Shown here piece by piece: positions 29,112 to 39,878 of a stretch of DNA of 64,000 nt. The stretch is taken from positions 424 to 64,423 of the forward strand of contig JBDRKI010000075.1 in assembly GCA_043814095.1 (NCBI GenBank), read 5' to 3'. The translations under genes and the position numbers were made by a program. Below the pieces are notes generated by a model, which was given only the letters and a program-made list of their open reading frames with translations, was not told the origin of the DNA and did not search any database. Position 1 is the first letter of the stretch, and the number at the start of each line of letters is the position of its first letter. The DNA comes from Armatimonadota bacterium (GTDB lineage Bacteria > Vulcanimicrobiota > JACPDS01 > JBDRKI01).

Positions 29112-30318
29112 TTAAATTCTTCAACTTATCCTTAAGCAGGTCACCCACAGTAAATGAGCCTGTTTTTTCTTCCGCTATAAAAGGCTTATATTCTTCTTTT
29201 AAAACATCGGCTTCAATCTGGCTGGCTGAAAGAAGCATTCTTTTCTCAAGCGGTTTTATATCCACAATTTTAACTTTTATCTTCTGTCCTTTCTGGACAA
29301 CATCTTCAGGTCTTGAAACACGCTCTATTGCAAGTTCAGATAACGGGACAAGGCCTTCTATGCCTTCGTCTACTTCCACAAAAACATAGTTTTTTGCGAT
29401 TCTTGTAATTACGCCCTCTATTGCCTGGCCCGCTTTAAACTTATCTTCCACAAGAAGCCACGGATCGGGTTTGGTCTGTTTGAGAGATAAAGCTATTTTT
29501 TTCTTTTCTTTGTCTATGTTAATAACTACTACTTCTACCCTGTCCCCGGCATTAATTACTTCCTGAGGATTTTTAACTCTTTTATATGATAATTCGGAAA
29601 TATGTATAAGTCCGTCAACTCCGCCAAGATCAACAAACGCGCCGAAATTCGCAAGACGAACCACTCTGCCTGTCAGCATGGCGCCTTCATAAATATTGTC
29701 CCAGAGTTCGGTTCTTTTTCTTGCCTGTTCTTCTTCTAAGTATTTTCTTCTGGATACGACTATATTTCTTTTGTCCTCGTCAACCTGGATTACTTTGACC
29801 TGCATTGATTCGCCGAGGAGGCTGTTGAGATCCCTTACGGGCATTATATCGGCATGGGAGCCGGGCAGAAACGCGCGGACGCCCATTATATTTAAAATCA
29901 AACCGCCTTTAACTTTTTCTGTGCATGTACCGCTTAAAACAGTGTTGTTCTTGAAGGATTCCACCATATTTTTCCAGCTTAATTCGGCATCAGCTCTCTT
30001 TTTGGAAAGTATGGGATGGCCTTCCCTGTTTTCCTGTTTTAAAACTATAACCTCTATCTCATCGCCTTCGCTGACCGCTTCTGAAAGATGTTTTACGGGC
30101 TTTAAGCTGACTTCGTTCGGCGGGATAATTCCTTCGGATTTATAGCCAACATCCACAAGAACCGCGTCCGCGTCAACCTTTACTACCGTGCCTTTAACCT
30201 GCTGGCCTACCTCCAGCCTCTTTAAACTTTTCTCAAAATCAGCCATGTTTTCCATAGTGCTTTCTCCCTGTGCGATAGTTTCCATCGGTAATCTCCTTAT
30301 TATATAAGTATTATTCAA
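29074..30318 (-). CDS. rpsA: 30S ribosomal protein S1 (short, 4 S1-domain form)
   Basis: Repeated S1 domains (…GTVVKVDADAVLVDVG…, …GRVVRLANFGAFVDLG…, …GVITRIAKNYVFVEVD…). Confidence 0.8.
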   Translation of the reverse strand: MNNTYIIRRLPMETIAQGESTMENMADFEKSLKRLEVGQQVKGTVVKVDADAVLVDVGYKSEGIIPPNEVSLKPVKHLSEAVSEGDEIEVIVLKQENREGHPILSKKRADAELSWKNMVESFKNNTVLSGTCTEKVKGGLILNIMGVRAFLPGSHADIMPVRDLNSLLGESMQVKVIQVDEDKRNIVVSRRKYLEEEQARKRTELWDNIYEGAMLTGRVVRLANFGAFVDLGGVDGLIHISELSYKRVKNPQEVINAGDRVEVVVINIDKEKKKIALSLKQTKPDPWLLVEDKFKAGQAIEGVITRIAKNYVFVEVDEGIEGLVPLSELAIERVSRPEDVVQKGQKIKVKIVDIKPLEKRMLLSASQIEADVLKEEYKPFIAEEKTGSFTVGDLLKDKLKNLNEKNEEEKTEGR

Positions 30319-30408
30319 ATAATAACAATTATAATCACTGTGAGAAAAATTGCAACTTGAGGCCTTAAAATCTTTATTTTAAGCCAATAATCCCTACTTC
30401 AAAGCGAG

Positions 30409-31854
30409 TTATTTATCGGAAACCTCAACCGGAGCGATCTTGCCCATGTCGTCTTTAATGTTTTCCGCATCCCCTACTATAACAATCTTTATCTTTTCAG
30501 GATGAAAGTATTTTTGCGCGCATCTTAATATATCTTCTTTTGTCACTTTTTCTATATTGCTTATATAATTACTGTAATAATCGCGGGGGAGGTTGTAAAA
30601 CTCAAGCAGCATTAACCTGTACAGCACCGAAGACGGCTGAGCCATAGTAAAAACAAAACTGTTTATGTATTTTTCTTTTGTTTGTTTCAGCTTTTTTTCC
30701 GTCACGCCGCTTTTCTTAAGCTCTTCCATTATATCAAGTATCAGCTCTATTGATTTGTAAGTATTCTTATTGGCGGTCTTTAAATTTGTATAGAATAATC
30801 CCGTATAAAGAAGGGGGTATCCGAAACTGCTGTAAACTCCGTAAGTAAGTCCTCTTTTTTCCCTTAATTCATACATAAGAAGAGAACCGAACCCGCCCCC
30901 TCCGTATATTTCATCCAGTACAATAAGGGGCATTATATCCGGGGTGTCCGCGCGCACTCCCAGGTCCCCAGCATAAACAGTTGACTGCGCGAGCGCCTTG
31001 TTTATTATAAGGCACTCTTTCCGGGGGGCTTCCACGGGCTCCGGTATATCGGGAAATAAAACTTGTTTTCTTTCCCAGTCGCCGAAAGCTTCATTGAGTT
31101 TTTCCTTAAGCAGGAGGGGATCAAAATCCCCGCTTACCGCCATAATTGTATTATTAGGGGCAAAATATTTATTATGCCATTTTTTCAGGTCATCCGTGGT
31201 TATTTTCTCAACCGCATCTTTTTTGTATTCCCAGCCGTAAGGATGGTCCCCGTAAACCAGATTATAAAACTTAACACTTGCCAGGGTACCGGGATTGTCT
31301 TCTATTCTGTCTATGGAATCCAGAAACATCATTTTATCTGTTTTAAATTTTTCTTCATTAAATACGGGATTCATAATCATATCGGCAAATATTCTCAAAG
31401 CCTGGTCAAAATCTTTGATTAGAACATTTAAGCCGCCGCCCGTATAATCAGAATAAGAAGAGAAGCTGATATTTATACTTTTATAATCCAGTTCTTTGTC
31501 AATATAGTCCGCGGTATAATTCTTTGTGCCGCCGCTTCTTAATCCTTCGGCGCAAAGAGACGCCGTGCCGAATATGTCCTTTTGCTCAAAAACTTCCCCG
31601 GCCTTAACAATAAGGTCTATGTTTATAAGGGGCAGTCTTCTGTCCGGCATAATAAGAACTGTAAGCCCGTTGGGGAGTATATATTTTTCAACTTCCCCGC
31701 CTATGCTCGGAAAATTAAAGTCTATATTTTTAAATTTCATTCCATCTATAATTTTCTGGCCTTCTGATGTTTTTTGCTCATCCGCGTAAGAAAAGCAGGA
31801 TAAAATAAATCCGGTTAATATTAATATCAAAAAAACCTTTAACGCTTTTTTCAT
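30409..31854 (-). CDS. M16-family peptidase, non-catalytic (beta-like) subunit. Secreted.
   Basis: Signal peptide and M16 fold sequence without an HxxEH motif. Forms a pair with the adjacent active M16 gene. Confidence 0.7.
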   Translation of the reverse strand: MKKALKVFLILILTGFILSCFSYADEQKTSEGQKIIDGMKFKNIDFNFPSIGGEVEKYILPNGLTVLIMPDRRLPLINIDLIVKAGEVFEQKDIFGTASLCAEGLRSGGTKNYTADYIDKELDYKSINISFSSYSDYTGGGLNVLIKDFDQALRIFADMIMNPVFNEEKFKTDKMMFLDSIDRIEDNPGTLASVKFYNLVYGDHPYGWEYKKDAVEKITTDDLKKWHNKYFAPNNTIMAVSGDFDPLLLKEKLNEAFGDWERKQVLFPDIPEPVEAPRKECLIINKALAQSTVYAGDLGVRADTPDIMPLIVLDEIYGGGGFGSLLMYELREKRGLTYGVYSSFGYPLLYTGLFYTNLKTANKNTYKSIELILDIMEELKKSGVTEKKLKQTKEKYINSFVFTMAQPSSVLYRLMLLEFYNLPRDYYSNYISNIEKVTKEDILRCAQKYFHPEKIKIVIVGDAENIKDDMGKIAPVEVSDK

Positions 31855-31855
31855 T

Positions 31856-33358
31856 TTATCTCGCCTCCTTCTCGGTTTCTTTCAGCACAATAACGGTGCT
31901 TTTATCCCTGTTAAGATATTTTTGCGCTACTTTTTGTATATCATCGGCAGTAACCTCTTCGTAATTCTTCCTCAAATCAAAAAGGCGCCAGTCACCGAGC
32001 ACCCCTTCGGCGTAAGCAAGTTCGGAAGCAAGATTGCTTCTTCCCTTGAGACCCCGCACAAAATACGCGTTCACGCCGTTTTTTACTTTCTGGAGCTCCC
32101 ACTGCGACACTTTTTCCGTTTTCAATTTCTCAATTTGCGTAAAAATTTCTTCTTCCACGGCTTTTAAATCAACGCCTTCAACAGGGGTTGCCCCTATCAT
32201 AAACGGAACATCATATTTAAACGGGGCTACGCCCGCCCATATTCCGGATGTAAGCTTTTTGTTCTCAACAAGCTCTTTATACAATCTTGAAGTCTTGCCC
32301 GAACCGGCTATATCGCTGAGCAGATCAAGCGCGAAACGCTCCTTTGAGAGCGGCTTGGGGCCGTGGAATCCTATCAGAATCTGCGGCTTTGCGTCAAATT
32401 TAACTTCCACACGCCTCGCGCCCGACTGCTTCTTCTCCTCGGTGAAAACAGTGCGCACTTTTGCGCTGTTTTCAATATCCCCGAAATATTTTTCCATAAC
32501 TTTAACAGCCCGGTCCGGATAAATGTCCCCGCAAAGAACAATAACTGTGTTTTGCGGAGAATAATTTCTTTTGAAAACTTCCATTACATCACCCGGGGTA
32601 AAATTTTCTATATCGGACGCCCAGCCGACAATGGGATTATGCCTGGGATTCGCCTGGTAAAGAGCGGCGAAAAATTCCTCCCACATCCTGCCTGAAGGAC
32701 TGTCTTCGTTTCTCAGCTTTCTTTCTTCAAGAACGGTATCTCTTTCGGAAGTAAACATCCTGAAAACCGGATTTTTAATCCTGTCTGATTCAAGAAACGC
32801 CCAGAGAGAAAGCCTGTTTGAAGGAAGCGAAATAATATAGCAGGTCCTGTCATTTGCAGTATATGCATTAAATCCCTCTTCTCCGTTTCTCGCGTAAATG
32901 GCGTCCATTTCGTTGGGTATCACATATTTTTCCTGCTCTTTTTCAAGTTTCTTAATTTCTGCCTCTGCTTTCTTGATTTTCTCCCAGTCCACATCCGAGG
33001 AGGAAACTATGCCATTTGCTTTTTCTTTTTCAATTTCACCTAAAAGACTGTCTATTTTTTCCATTATGGGAACTTCCGCTTCATAATCCGTCGTTCCTAT
33101 AATTTTTGTTCCCTTAAACATCATATGCTCAAGCATATGGGCAACACCCGTAAGCCCCGTGGGATCATCCACGGATCCGACTTTAAATAAAATATGCGCA
33201 GAAAATATCGGTGCATCATGCCTTTCGGCAATAAGAACGGTTAAAAGGTTTGAAAGCACGTATTTTTTTACCGGGATATCCAGGTTCCCCGCGCCGAAAA
33301 CAACTGTTCCGGCAAATAAAAATATTAATATGATGGTTGTAAAAATTTTCTTTTTCAC
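31856..33358 (-). CDS. M16-family zinc metallopeptidase (pitrilysin/insulinase-like), catalytic subunit
   Basis: Inverted zinc motif HMLEHMMFKGT. Signal peptide. 500 aa. Confidence 0.8.
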   Translation of the reverse strand: MKKKIFTTIILIFLFAGTVVFGAGNLDIPVKKYVLSNLLTVLIAERHDAPIFSAHILFKVGSVDDPTGLTGVAHMLEHMMFKGTKIIGTTDYEAEVPIMEKIDSLLGEIEKEKANGIVSSSDVDWEKIKKAEAEIKKLEKEQEKYVIPNEMDAIYARNGEEGFNAYTANDRTCYIISLPSNRLSLWAFLESDRIKNPVFRMFTSERDTVLEERKLRNEDSPSGRMWEEFFAALYQANPRHNPIVGWASDIENFTPGDVMEVFKRNYSPQNTVIVLCGDIYPDRAVKVMEKYFGDIENSAKVRTVFTEEKKQSGARRVEVKFDAKPQILIGFHGPKPLSKERFALDLLSDIAGSGKTSRLYKELVENKKLTSGIWAGVAPFKYDVPFMIGATPVEGVDLKAVEEEIFTQIEKLKTEKVSQWELQKVKNGVNAYFVRGLKGRSNLASELAYAEGVLGDWRLFDLRKNYEEVTADDIQKVAQKYLNRDKSTVIVLKETEKEAR

Positions 33359-36012
33359 ATATCCTCCAGTTCATTCCAGTTTTTGCCGGCTTCAATACTT
33401 ACTTTTACGGGCACATCCATCCTGACCGCGTCTGTCATAATCTCTTTAACTCTGAGTCCGACAGATTCCGAGTCTTTTGCGTTGCATTCCAAAACAAGTT
33501 CATCATGCACCTGCAGAAGCAGTTTAGCCGGTATTTTTCCTTCTTTAATATCCTTGTACAGGTTTATCATGGCAATCTTAATTATATCCGAAGCGCTCCC
33601 CTGCATCGGGGCATTTACCGCCATGCGCTCCGCCTGTTTTTTAATTGTGGCGTTCCTGCTCGTTATGTCTTTTATTATCCTGCGCCTTCCCATAATTGTG
33701 GCAACATATCCCTCTTTCTCCGCGGACCTTATTGTGGCTTCTATATATTTTTTTACTCCGGGATATGTTCTAAAATAACCCTCTATATAATTGCGCGCCT
33801 CTGCTCTTGATATTCCAAGCCTCTGCGAAAGACCGAACTCGCCCATCCCGTAATTTATCCCGAAATTTATCTCTTTGGCTTTTCTTCTGTGAGATTCATT
33901 AACATCTTCCGGCGCTATGCCGAAAATGTACGCCGCAGTCTGGGTATGTATATCAAGATTATCTTTAAATGCCTTTATTAATTTATCATCACCCGATAAG
34001 TGGGCCAGGATCCTTAATTCAATCTGCGAGTAATCGGCAACAACAAACACATTTCCGGAAGAGCCTGCCGTAAAAGACGCGCGTATCTGCCTGCCGGCTT
34101 CTGATTTTATCGGTATATTCTGCAGGTTGGGGTCTCTGCTTGAAAGCCTTCCTGTGGATGTGCCTGTCTGGTTATAATTGGTATGAAGTTTCCCTGACAT
34201 ATCAACAAGCCGGGGCAGAGCGTCAATATATGTTGATTTTAATTTCGCGAGTTCCCTGTATTCCAGGATCTTTTCCGCTGCGGGAAAACTTCCAGAAAGC
34301 TCCCGGAGGGTCTGGGCATCCGTCTTATACCCTGTTTTCGTCCTGCCCGGGGAAGGGATAAGCATTTTCTCAAATAAAACTTCACCCACCTGCTTGGGAG
34401 AGTTTATGTTAAACTCGCACCCGGCAAGAGAGAAAATTTCCGCCTCTTTTTCTTCTATCTTTTTGGAAAACCGCCCCGAAAGCTTCTTAAGATAATTAAC
34501 ATCAAGGCTTACACCCTCTTCTTCCATGCGGGCAAGAATCTGCGTAAGAGGAACTTCAACCCTGTAATACAGATCTTCCAGGGAAAGTTCCGGCAATTTC
34601 TTAACCAGAACCGGTCTTAATTTATATACAATCTCAGATTGAGCGGCTAAATACCCGGCCAGCTCGAAGTCCGGGACCATATCAATTGTTCTTGCTTTTT
34701 TCCCCGAACCCAGAAGCTCTTTTTTTCCGGGAATGGCTTCACCGAAATATTTTCCCGATGCGTCCGCGAGTTTTGTGTTCGTCCTGTCTGGATCTATAAG
34801 GTATTCGGCTATAAGCACGTCAAAATACTGCGCGTCTATTTTTATATCAAAAAGCTTGAACGCTTTTATGAAATTTTTAAGATTTGAAAAAGCTTTTATT
34901 ATATTGCATTCCGTTATCTTTTGAACCAAACCGCGTATTTTTTCTATGCTGATATTCCTGCTGTCAATAAAATAATTTTTCTTTTCCGCGCTTAAGCCGA
35001 GAGCAAGAATATTATTTTCATATATTATTGAAACAGCGCACTTTTTTTCTTTTTCTATGACTTCTATGCATTCTTTAATTTCTTTTTCGTTTTTTACAAC
35101 CGTAAAATCCGCCGCCTCTCTCTGCTCAAGAGAAGCGGATGACTGCATCCTTGAAAGTATGCTCTTAAACTCAAGCTTTTTATACCAGTCTATAAGCTCC
35201 GCTGGAGGGAGAGAGTCATAAACAGATTTATTCTCAAGCTCATCCCAGTCCGTCTTTATATCAAGCTTGTCATTTAAAACAACAAGCTCCCTGCACAGTT
35301 CAAGGATATCCTTATTGTTCTCTATCCTGTCTTTTAATTTCTGAGGAAGTTTCTCCGTGTTCTTTAAAAGCTCAGCGACTGAGCCGTACTCATTTAAGAG
35401 CTTGGCGGCTGTTTTTTCCCCGATACCCGGAACTCCGGGTATATTGTCCGACTGATCGCCTGACAGGGCTTTTAAGTCCGGTATCTGATCCGGGGTTAAA
35501 TCAAACCTTTCTTTAACCGCTTCTTTATCATACAGCTTTAAATCCTTAATGCCCCTTCTCATCATCAAAACTTTTATTTTGTCATTCACAAGCTGTAGAA
35601 AATCAAGATCTCCGGTCAGTATTAAAACTTCAATGTCTTTTTCCGCGGCTTGTTTTGCGACCGTCGCGAGGCAGTCATCGGCTTCATAGCCTTTCACAAA
35701 ATATACCGGTATATGGAGAAGGTTAAGGTATTCTTCTATTAAAGGAAACTGGGCTGACAAGCTCTCCGGCTGCTTCTGCCTGTTTGCCTTATAATCCTTA
35801 AACTTTTCAATCCGCACCGTGGGAGCGTATTTATCAAATGAAGAAGCGATATAATCGGGCTTTTCTTTTTCCAGAACGCTTAAAAGCATGTTGACAAACC
35901 CGTAAACGGCATTCGCGGGCACACCCGTTGAAGTCGTAAGCTCGGGCAGGGCGTAAAAAGCCCTGTAAGCAAGCCCGCTCCCGTCAATTAAAAGCATTTT
36001 TTTGTTTTTCAT
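33355..36012 (-). CDS. polA: DNA polymerase I
   Basis: 5'-3' exonuclease N-terminus (MLLIDGSGLAYRAFYA). Pol A motifs (…DYSQIELRILAHLS…, QVHDELVLE). 885 aa. Confidence 0.9.
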   Translation of the reverse strand: MKNKKMLLIDGSGLAYRAFYALPELTTSTGVPANAVYGFVNMLLSVLEKEKPDYIASSFDKYAPTVRIEKFKDYKANRQKQPESLSAQFPLIEEYLNLLHIPVYFVKGYEADDCLATVAKQAAEKDIEVLILTGDLDFLQLVNDKIKVLMMRRGIKDLKLYDKEAVKERFDLTPDQIPDLKALSGDQSDNIPGVPGIGEKTAAKLLNEYGSVAELLKNTEKLPQKLKDRIENNKDILELCRELVVLNDKLDIKTDWDELENKSVYDSLPPAELIDWYKKLEFKSILSRMQSSASLEQREAADFTVVKNEKEIKECIEVIEKEKKCAVSIIYENNILALGLSAEKKNYFIDSRNISIEKIRGLVQKITECNIIKAFSNLKNFIKAFKLFDIKIDAQYFDVLIAEYLIDPDRTNTKLADASGKYFGEAIPGKKELLGSGKKARTIDMVPDFELAGYLAAQSEIVYKLRPVLVKKLPELSLEDLYYRVEVPLTQILARMEEEGVSLDVNYLKKLSGRFSKKIEEKEAEIFSLAGCEFNINSPKQVGEVLFEKMLIPSPGRTKTGYKTDAQTLRELSGSFPAAEKILEYRELAKLKSTYIDALPRLVDMSGKLHTNYNQTGTSTGRLSSRDPNLQNIPIKSEAGRQIRASFTAGSSGNVFVVADYSQIELRILAHLSGDDKLIKAFKDNLDIHTQTAAYIFGIAPEDVNESHRRKAKEINFGINYGMGEFGLSQRLGISRAEARNYIEGYFRTYPGVKKYIEATIRSAEKEGYVATIMGRRRIIKDITSRNATIKKQAERMAVNAPMQGSASDIIKIAMINLYKDIKEGKIPAKLLLQVHDELVLECNAKDSESVGLRVKEIMTDAVRMDVPVKVSIEAGKNWNELEDM

Positions 36013-36072
36013 AATACTTATACTCCCGAATGCATATACAATTTAAGAAAACACAAAAAAGAAGACAGCGGG

Positions 36073-36438
36073 CTACCATTTTAAAGCGGTGCTTATGACA
36101 ATATGGGCAGTAAGACTTAAGCCCAGCATAATGACGGATATTATATATAAAATTTTTCCAACTTTCCTGCCCGAGAAAAAGCCCAGAATGACCGCGCAGA
36201 GTAGAAATACCAAAACTATTACTCCTGAGCCTTTTATCAAAATTTCTTTAACCCGCGGTCTTTTTACAATTGACGGATATTCGTAAACGTTGGAATCAAC
36301 TTCATACTCAAGCACTTCTATATTTTTTATGGGATTCTCGCGCTTTGCCGGCTTAGTTTTCTGCGCCAGGACAAAATTTAAACTTAAAGATATCAGAAAA
36401 AACAATACAAGTAATATAATAATTCTATTTTTACGCAT
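36073..36438 (-). CDS. Hypothetical small membrane protein
   Basis: Two hydrophobic helices. The track ORF 5' end overlaps glmM; the likely start is the internal ATG (MRKNRIIILL…). Confidence 0.4.
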   Translation of the reverse strand: MRKNRIIILLVLFFLISLSLNFVLAQKTKPAKRENPIKNIEVLEYEVDSNVYEYPSIVKRPRVKEILIKGSGVIVLVFLLCAVILGFFSGRKVGKILYIISVIMLGLSLTAHIVISTALKW

Positions 36439-36442
36439 GGAA

Positions 36443-37807
36443 CTATGCTCCCAAATTCTGTTCAAGCGCTTTAGATATTCTGCGGGCAAGTTTTTCCAGT
36501 TCATCCTTATCGGGACCTTCGGCCATAACCCTTATTATGGGTTCTGTGCCCGAAGGACGGACAAGCAGGCGCCCCTTGCCTTTTAATGCGCTTTCCACTT
36601 CTTCTATTGCCTTGCGGATTTCATCATGAGTCTCATATCCGGTATTGTTTTTAACTTTCACATTTATCAGAATCTGCGGATACTTTGTAACAACCTTTGC
36701 GAGCTCGCTTAACGGCTTGGCCGATTTTCTGACGATATCCGCAAGCATAACCGCGGTTATTATGCCGTCACCCGTTGTATTGTAATCAAGCATGATAATG
36801 TGGCCTGACTGCTCTCCGCCAAGAATTGCTTTTACTTTTTTCATCTCTTCAAGAACATAACGGTCCCCTACCTTTACCCTTAACATCTCTATCTGTTCGG
36901 CCTCAAGGGCTTTCTGGAGCCCTATATTGCTCATAACCGTGGTTACCACTTTATTATTAACCAGCTTATTTTCCGTTTTTAAATGGCCAGCGAATATAGC
37001 CATTATATGATCGCCGTCTATCATCCGGCCTTTATCGTCAACGGCAAGAGCCCTGTCGGCGTCACCGTCAAAAGCGATGCCCATATCATATGAAGACGCG
37101 ACGACTACTTTCTTTAAAAGCTCCATATTGGTTGAACCGCAGTTAACATTTATATTCACCCCGTTCGGCTGATGGTTAAGAACCAGGGTTTCCGCGCCCA
37201 GGTCCTGGAAAATACGCGGAGCCAGCTTGTATGAAGCGCCGTGCGCGCAGTCTAAAACTATTTTTAATCCGGTAAGATCCGCGTTTGTTTTCTCTTTAAC
37301 ATAATTGGAATAAAGCTTTCCCGCGTGACGGACCTGTACGAGTCTGCCGACATCGCCGTGAGTCGGCCTGGGAAGCTCATCTGAATTATTGAAAACAAGA
37401 TTTTCTATCTCTTTCTCAACCTCATCCGGAAGCTTAAAACCGTCGGACGAGAAAAATTTTATGCCGTTATCTTCTATGGGGTTATGCGAAGCGGATATCA
37501 TAACGCCTGCTGAAGCTTCAAGTTTTCTTGTAAGATAAGCAACTGCCGGGGTGGGAACAACATCTATATCAAATACGTCCCCGCCCACCGAACAGATACC
37601 CGAAATAAGGGCGCCTTCCAGAAGATCACCGGATATCCTGGTATCTTTGCCGAGCACTATTGTGCACTTCTTCTTTCCCCTGCTTAAAACATAAGCGCCC
37701 GCCCTGCCTAAACGGAAAACCGTCTCGGGGGTCAGGTCTAAATTCGCAACGCCCCTTACCCCGTCTGTACCGAATAATTTTCTCATTTTACAGCTACCCC
37801 TATTCAA
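36443..37807 (-). CDS. glmM: Phosphoglucosamine mutase
   Basis: Active-site SASHNP motif. GlmM length and organisation. Sits downstream of cdaA-cdaR as in Firmicutes-type operons. Confidence 0.9.
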   Translation of the reverse strand: MNRGSCKMRKLFGTDGVRGVANLDLTPETVFRLGRAGAYVLSRGKKKCTIVLGKDTRISGDLLEGALISGICSVGGDVFDIDVVPTPAVAYLTRKLEASAGVMISASHNPIEDNGIKFFSSDGFKLPDEVEKEIENLVFNNSDELPRPTHGDVGRLVQVRHAGKLYSNYVKEKTNADLTGLKIVLDCAHGASYKLAPRIFQDLGAETLVLNHQPNGVNINVNCGSTNMELLKKVVVASSYDMGIAFDGDADRALAVDDKGRMIDGDHIMAIFAGHLKTENKLVNNKVVTTVMSNIGLQKALEAEQIEMLRVKVGDRYVLEEMKKVKAILGGEQSGHIIMLDYNTTGDGIITAVMLADIVRKSAKPLSELAKVVTKYPQILINVKVKNNTGYETHDEIRKAIEEVESALKGKGRLLVRPSGTEPIIRVMAEGPDKDELEKLARRISKALEQNLGA

Positions 37808-37827
37808 TATATCTATAAAAACTCTAT

Positions 37828-38754
37828 TTATTTTTTCTCTACCGTAATTTTAATATATACCTCGTCTTCTGTCTTTAATATAACTCTCGGAGGAACTTCA
37901 AGCTTAACTTCCTTTCTTAAGTTCTTGTCTATCCCTCCGACATAAATTCTCTCGGTATATATTTTATCAACTTCAACGTCCTGCGGGCACTGCACCATAA
38001 CGGATAACGGATTCAGTTTTATGGAAGTGATCTCATACCCGTTCTCAACAGAACCCGATATGCGGGCTTCAACCGGCACTGTTTTAGTTGTAAAATTCTG
38101 CTCTACCTTTACGGTTACAAAAACATATTTCGGGTTTATCGTAAGCTGGGACAGCGGCTTTTCCCTGCTGTCATAAGCCGCAAGCTCCACTTTCTGAACA
38201 AAATCTGTTTTCTCATCGGTTAAAGTCGGCTGGGCGTACACATTCCTTATTCTGTCCAGTATGGTGCTGGGGCCCTCAATAACGGCCGTGTCTTTATCAA
38301 TTAATATCTTCTCAAGAGAATACGAGGGAGGAAGGCTTCCCACGGGCTTAGATTCTACCGGAAAAAATCTTTTTTCCTTCTCATCCAGCATTATTTTTAC
38401 CCTTTTGGGATTTACGTCTACAACATCAACCCCGGACGGAGAGTTAACTTTTATGTAAACCCAGTTGCTTCCCAGCTTTTTATCCGCAAGATCCATATAC
38501 ACATCAAACTTGTCGGGCTTAATGCTGCTTATAATCTTCGGAACGCCTTTAACTTTTAAAGTTACCTTCTTCGGCATATCAAGGACAATAAGGTTTGCCG
38601 GAACATTCTTAATCTTAACGTCAACAACATCCACCCTGGCAAGCACTTCACTCAGCGGATTCTGGTAAAAGCAAACATATATCCAGAGCAGTACCGCAAA
38701 GAACAAAGATAACAGTTTTAAGTTAATGTTTTTTCTTAAAGATTGTAAAAACAT
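37828..38754 (-). CDS. cdaR: YbbR-domain protein (CdaR, regulator of diadenylate cyclase)
   Basis: N-terminal TM plus repeated YbbR-like beta domains. Position between cdaA and glmM. Confidence 0.7.
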   Translation of the reverse strand: MFLQSLRKNINLKLLSLFFAVLLWIYVCFYQNPLSEVLARVDVVDVKIKNVPANLIVLDMPKKVTLKVKGVPKIISSIKPDKFDVYMDLADKKLGSNWVYIKVNSPSGVDVVDVNPKRVKIMLDEKEKRFFPVESKPVGSLPPSYSLEKILIDKDTAVIEGPSTILDRIRNVYAQPTLTDEKTDFVQKVELAAYDSREKPLSQLTINPKYVFVTVKVEQNFTTKTVPVEARISGSVENGYEITSIKLNPLSVMVQCPQDVEVDKIYTERIYVGGIDKNLRKEVKLEVPPRVILKTEDEVYIKITVEKK

Positions 38755-39586
38755 TTTTTAAATCAAACCCTTTAAATATTTTTGCCGGCCTGGCCAGACC
38801 GGGACTTAGATAACTTTTTAACATCTTTTTAAAATTCTCGGTATTTAAATTGCGGGTCATCTTGCCGCCCCTTACAATTGAAACCCCGCCTGTTTCTTCG
38901 GAAACCACAATCGCTATTGCATCGGCCTCCTCGGTAATGCCGAGTGCCGCCCTGTGCCTCGCTCCCATTTTTTCCTTCATGGCGGATACCTCTTCGGACA
39001 ATGGCAGGTAGCATGAAGCCGCCGCGACCTTGCCCGCCCTTATTATAACCGCGCCGTCATGAAGCGGGGACTGGGTAACAAAAATTGAAAGCAGAAGCTT
39101 CGCGGAAACATCCGCGTCTATTTTTATGCCTGTCTCAATAAAGTCCTGCAGGCCCGTAGCTTTTTCTATGATGATAAGAGAGCCCATACGGTTCTGTGAA
39201 AGAATGTATACTGCCCATGTAAGCTCATCTATAAGTTTCGCGAGAACCTCTTTGTCCAGTTTATAAATAGAAGTGCGGAATACGCCGCCGCGCCTTCCTA
39301 TATGCTCAAGCGCTCTTCTTAACTCCGGCTGGAAAACTATAGGCAGGGCAACAGCCGCCGCAAGCAGTGCTTTTTCTAAGATCCAGTATACCGTATCCAG
39401 TTTAAAATAAGAGCTTGCCAGCATTAAAAACAGCAGGATGCCTATACCCTGCAGTATCTGAACAGCCCTGGTTCCCCTTATAAGTAAAAGCAGATAGTAA
39501 AAAAGAACCGCGACAAGCAAGATATCAACGGCATTTCTTAAAATATCCGCCCATGGCAGATTTGAAAAAATGTTAAAATCAAGCAT
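38723..39586 (-). CDS. cdaA: Diadenylate cyclase (c-di-AMP synthase), membrane-anchored
   Basis: 3 TM plus DAC domain motifs (DGAVIIR, RHRAALGITEEADAIAIVVSEETGGVSIV). Confidence 0.85.
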   Translation of the reverse strand: MLDFNIFSNLPWADILRNAVDILLVAVLFYYLLLLIRGTRAVQILQGIGILLFLMLASSYFKLDTVYWILEKALLAAAVALPIVFQPELRRALEHIGRRGGVFRTSIYKLDKEVLAKLIDELTWAVYILSQNRMGSLIIIEKATGLQDFIETGIKIDADVSAKLLLSIFVTQSPLHDGAVIIRAGKVAAASCYLPLSEEVSAMKEKMGARHRAALGITEEADAIAIVVSEETGGVSIVRGGKMTRNLNTENFKKMLKSYLSPGLARPAKIFKGFDLKNVFTIFKKKH

Positions 39587-39699
39587 AATACCTACTTTAT
39601 TTTACATTCCCCTCTTTCTATTTTAACTTAAAAAAGTCCTTTTTTATTAAATAATGATATATAAAAAATATGGTAGCAATGCAATATTTATAATTTATA

Positions 39700-39786
39700 G
39701 GTCAAAAATACTCCTTTTGACCCATAGTTTTAGCCGAAAATTACCCCATTTGACCTATATCCGTAAATGCACGGGGGGGGTATAAT
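39700..39786 (+). promoter_or_regulatory. Conserved promoter module for family copy 3 (palindromic GGTCAAAAATACTCCTTTTGACC, TTGACC, G8 tract, TATAAT)
   Basis: Motif 39700-39722, TTGACC 39750-39755, poly-G 39773-39780 (8 G), TATAAT 39781-39786. Confidence 0.45.
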
Positions 39787-39878
39787 ATAAGTGGGAAGAG
39801 GAAACAAGGTTTCTTACAACAGATATTTTATGGTAAGAAAACCATTAAATAAAACAACAAGAAGGGAGGTTAACCACA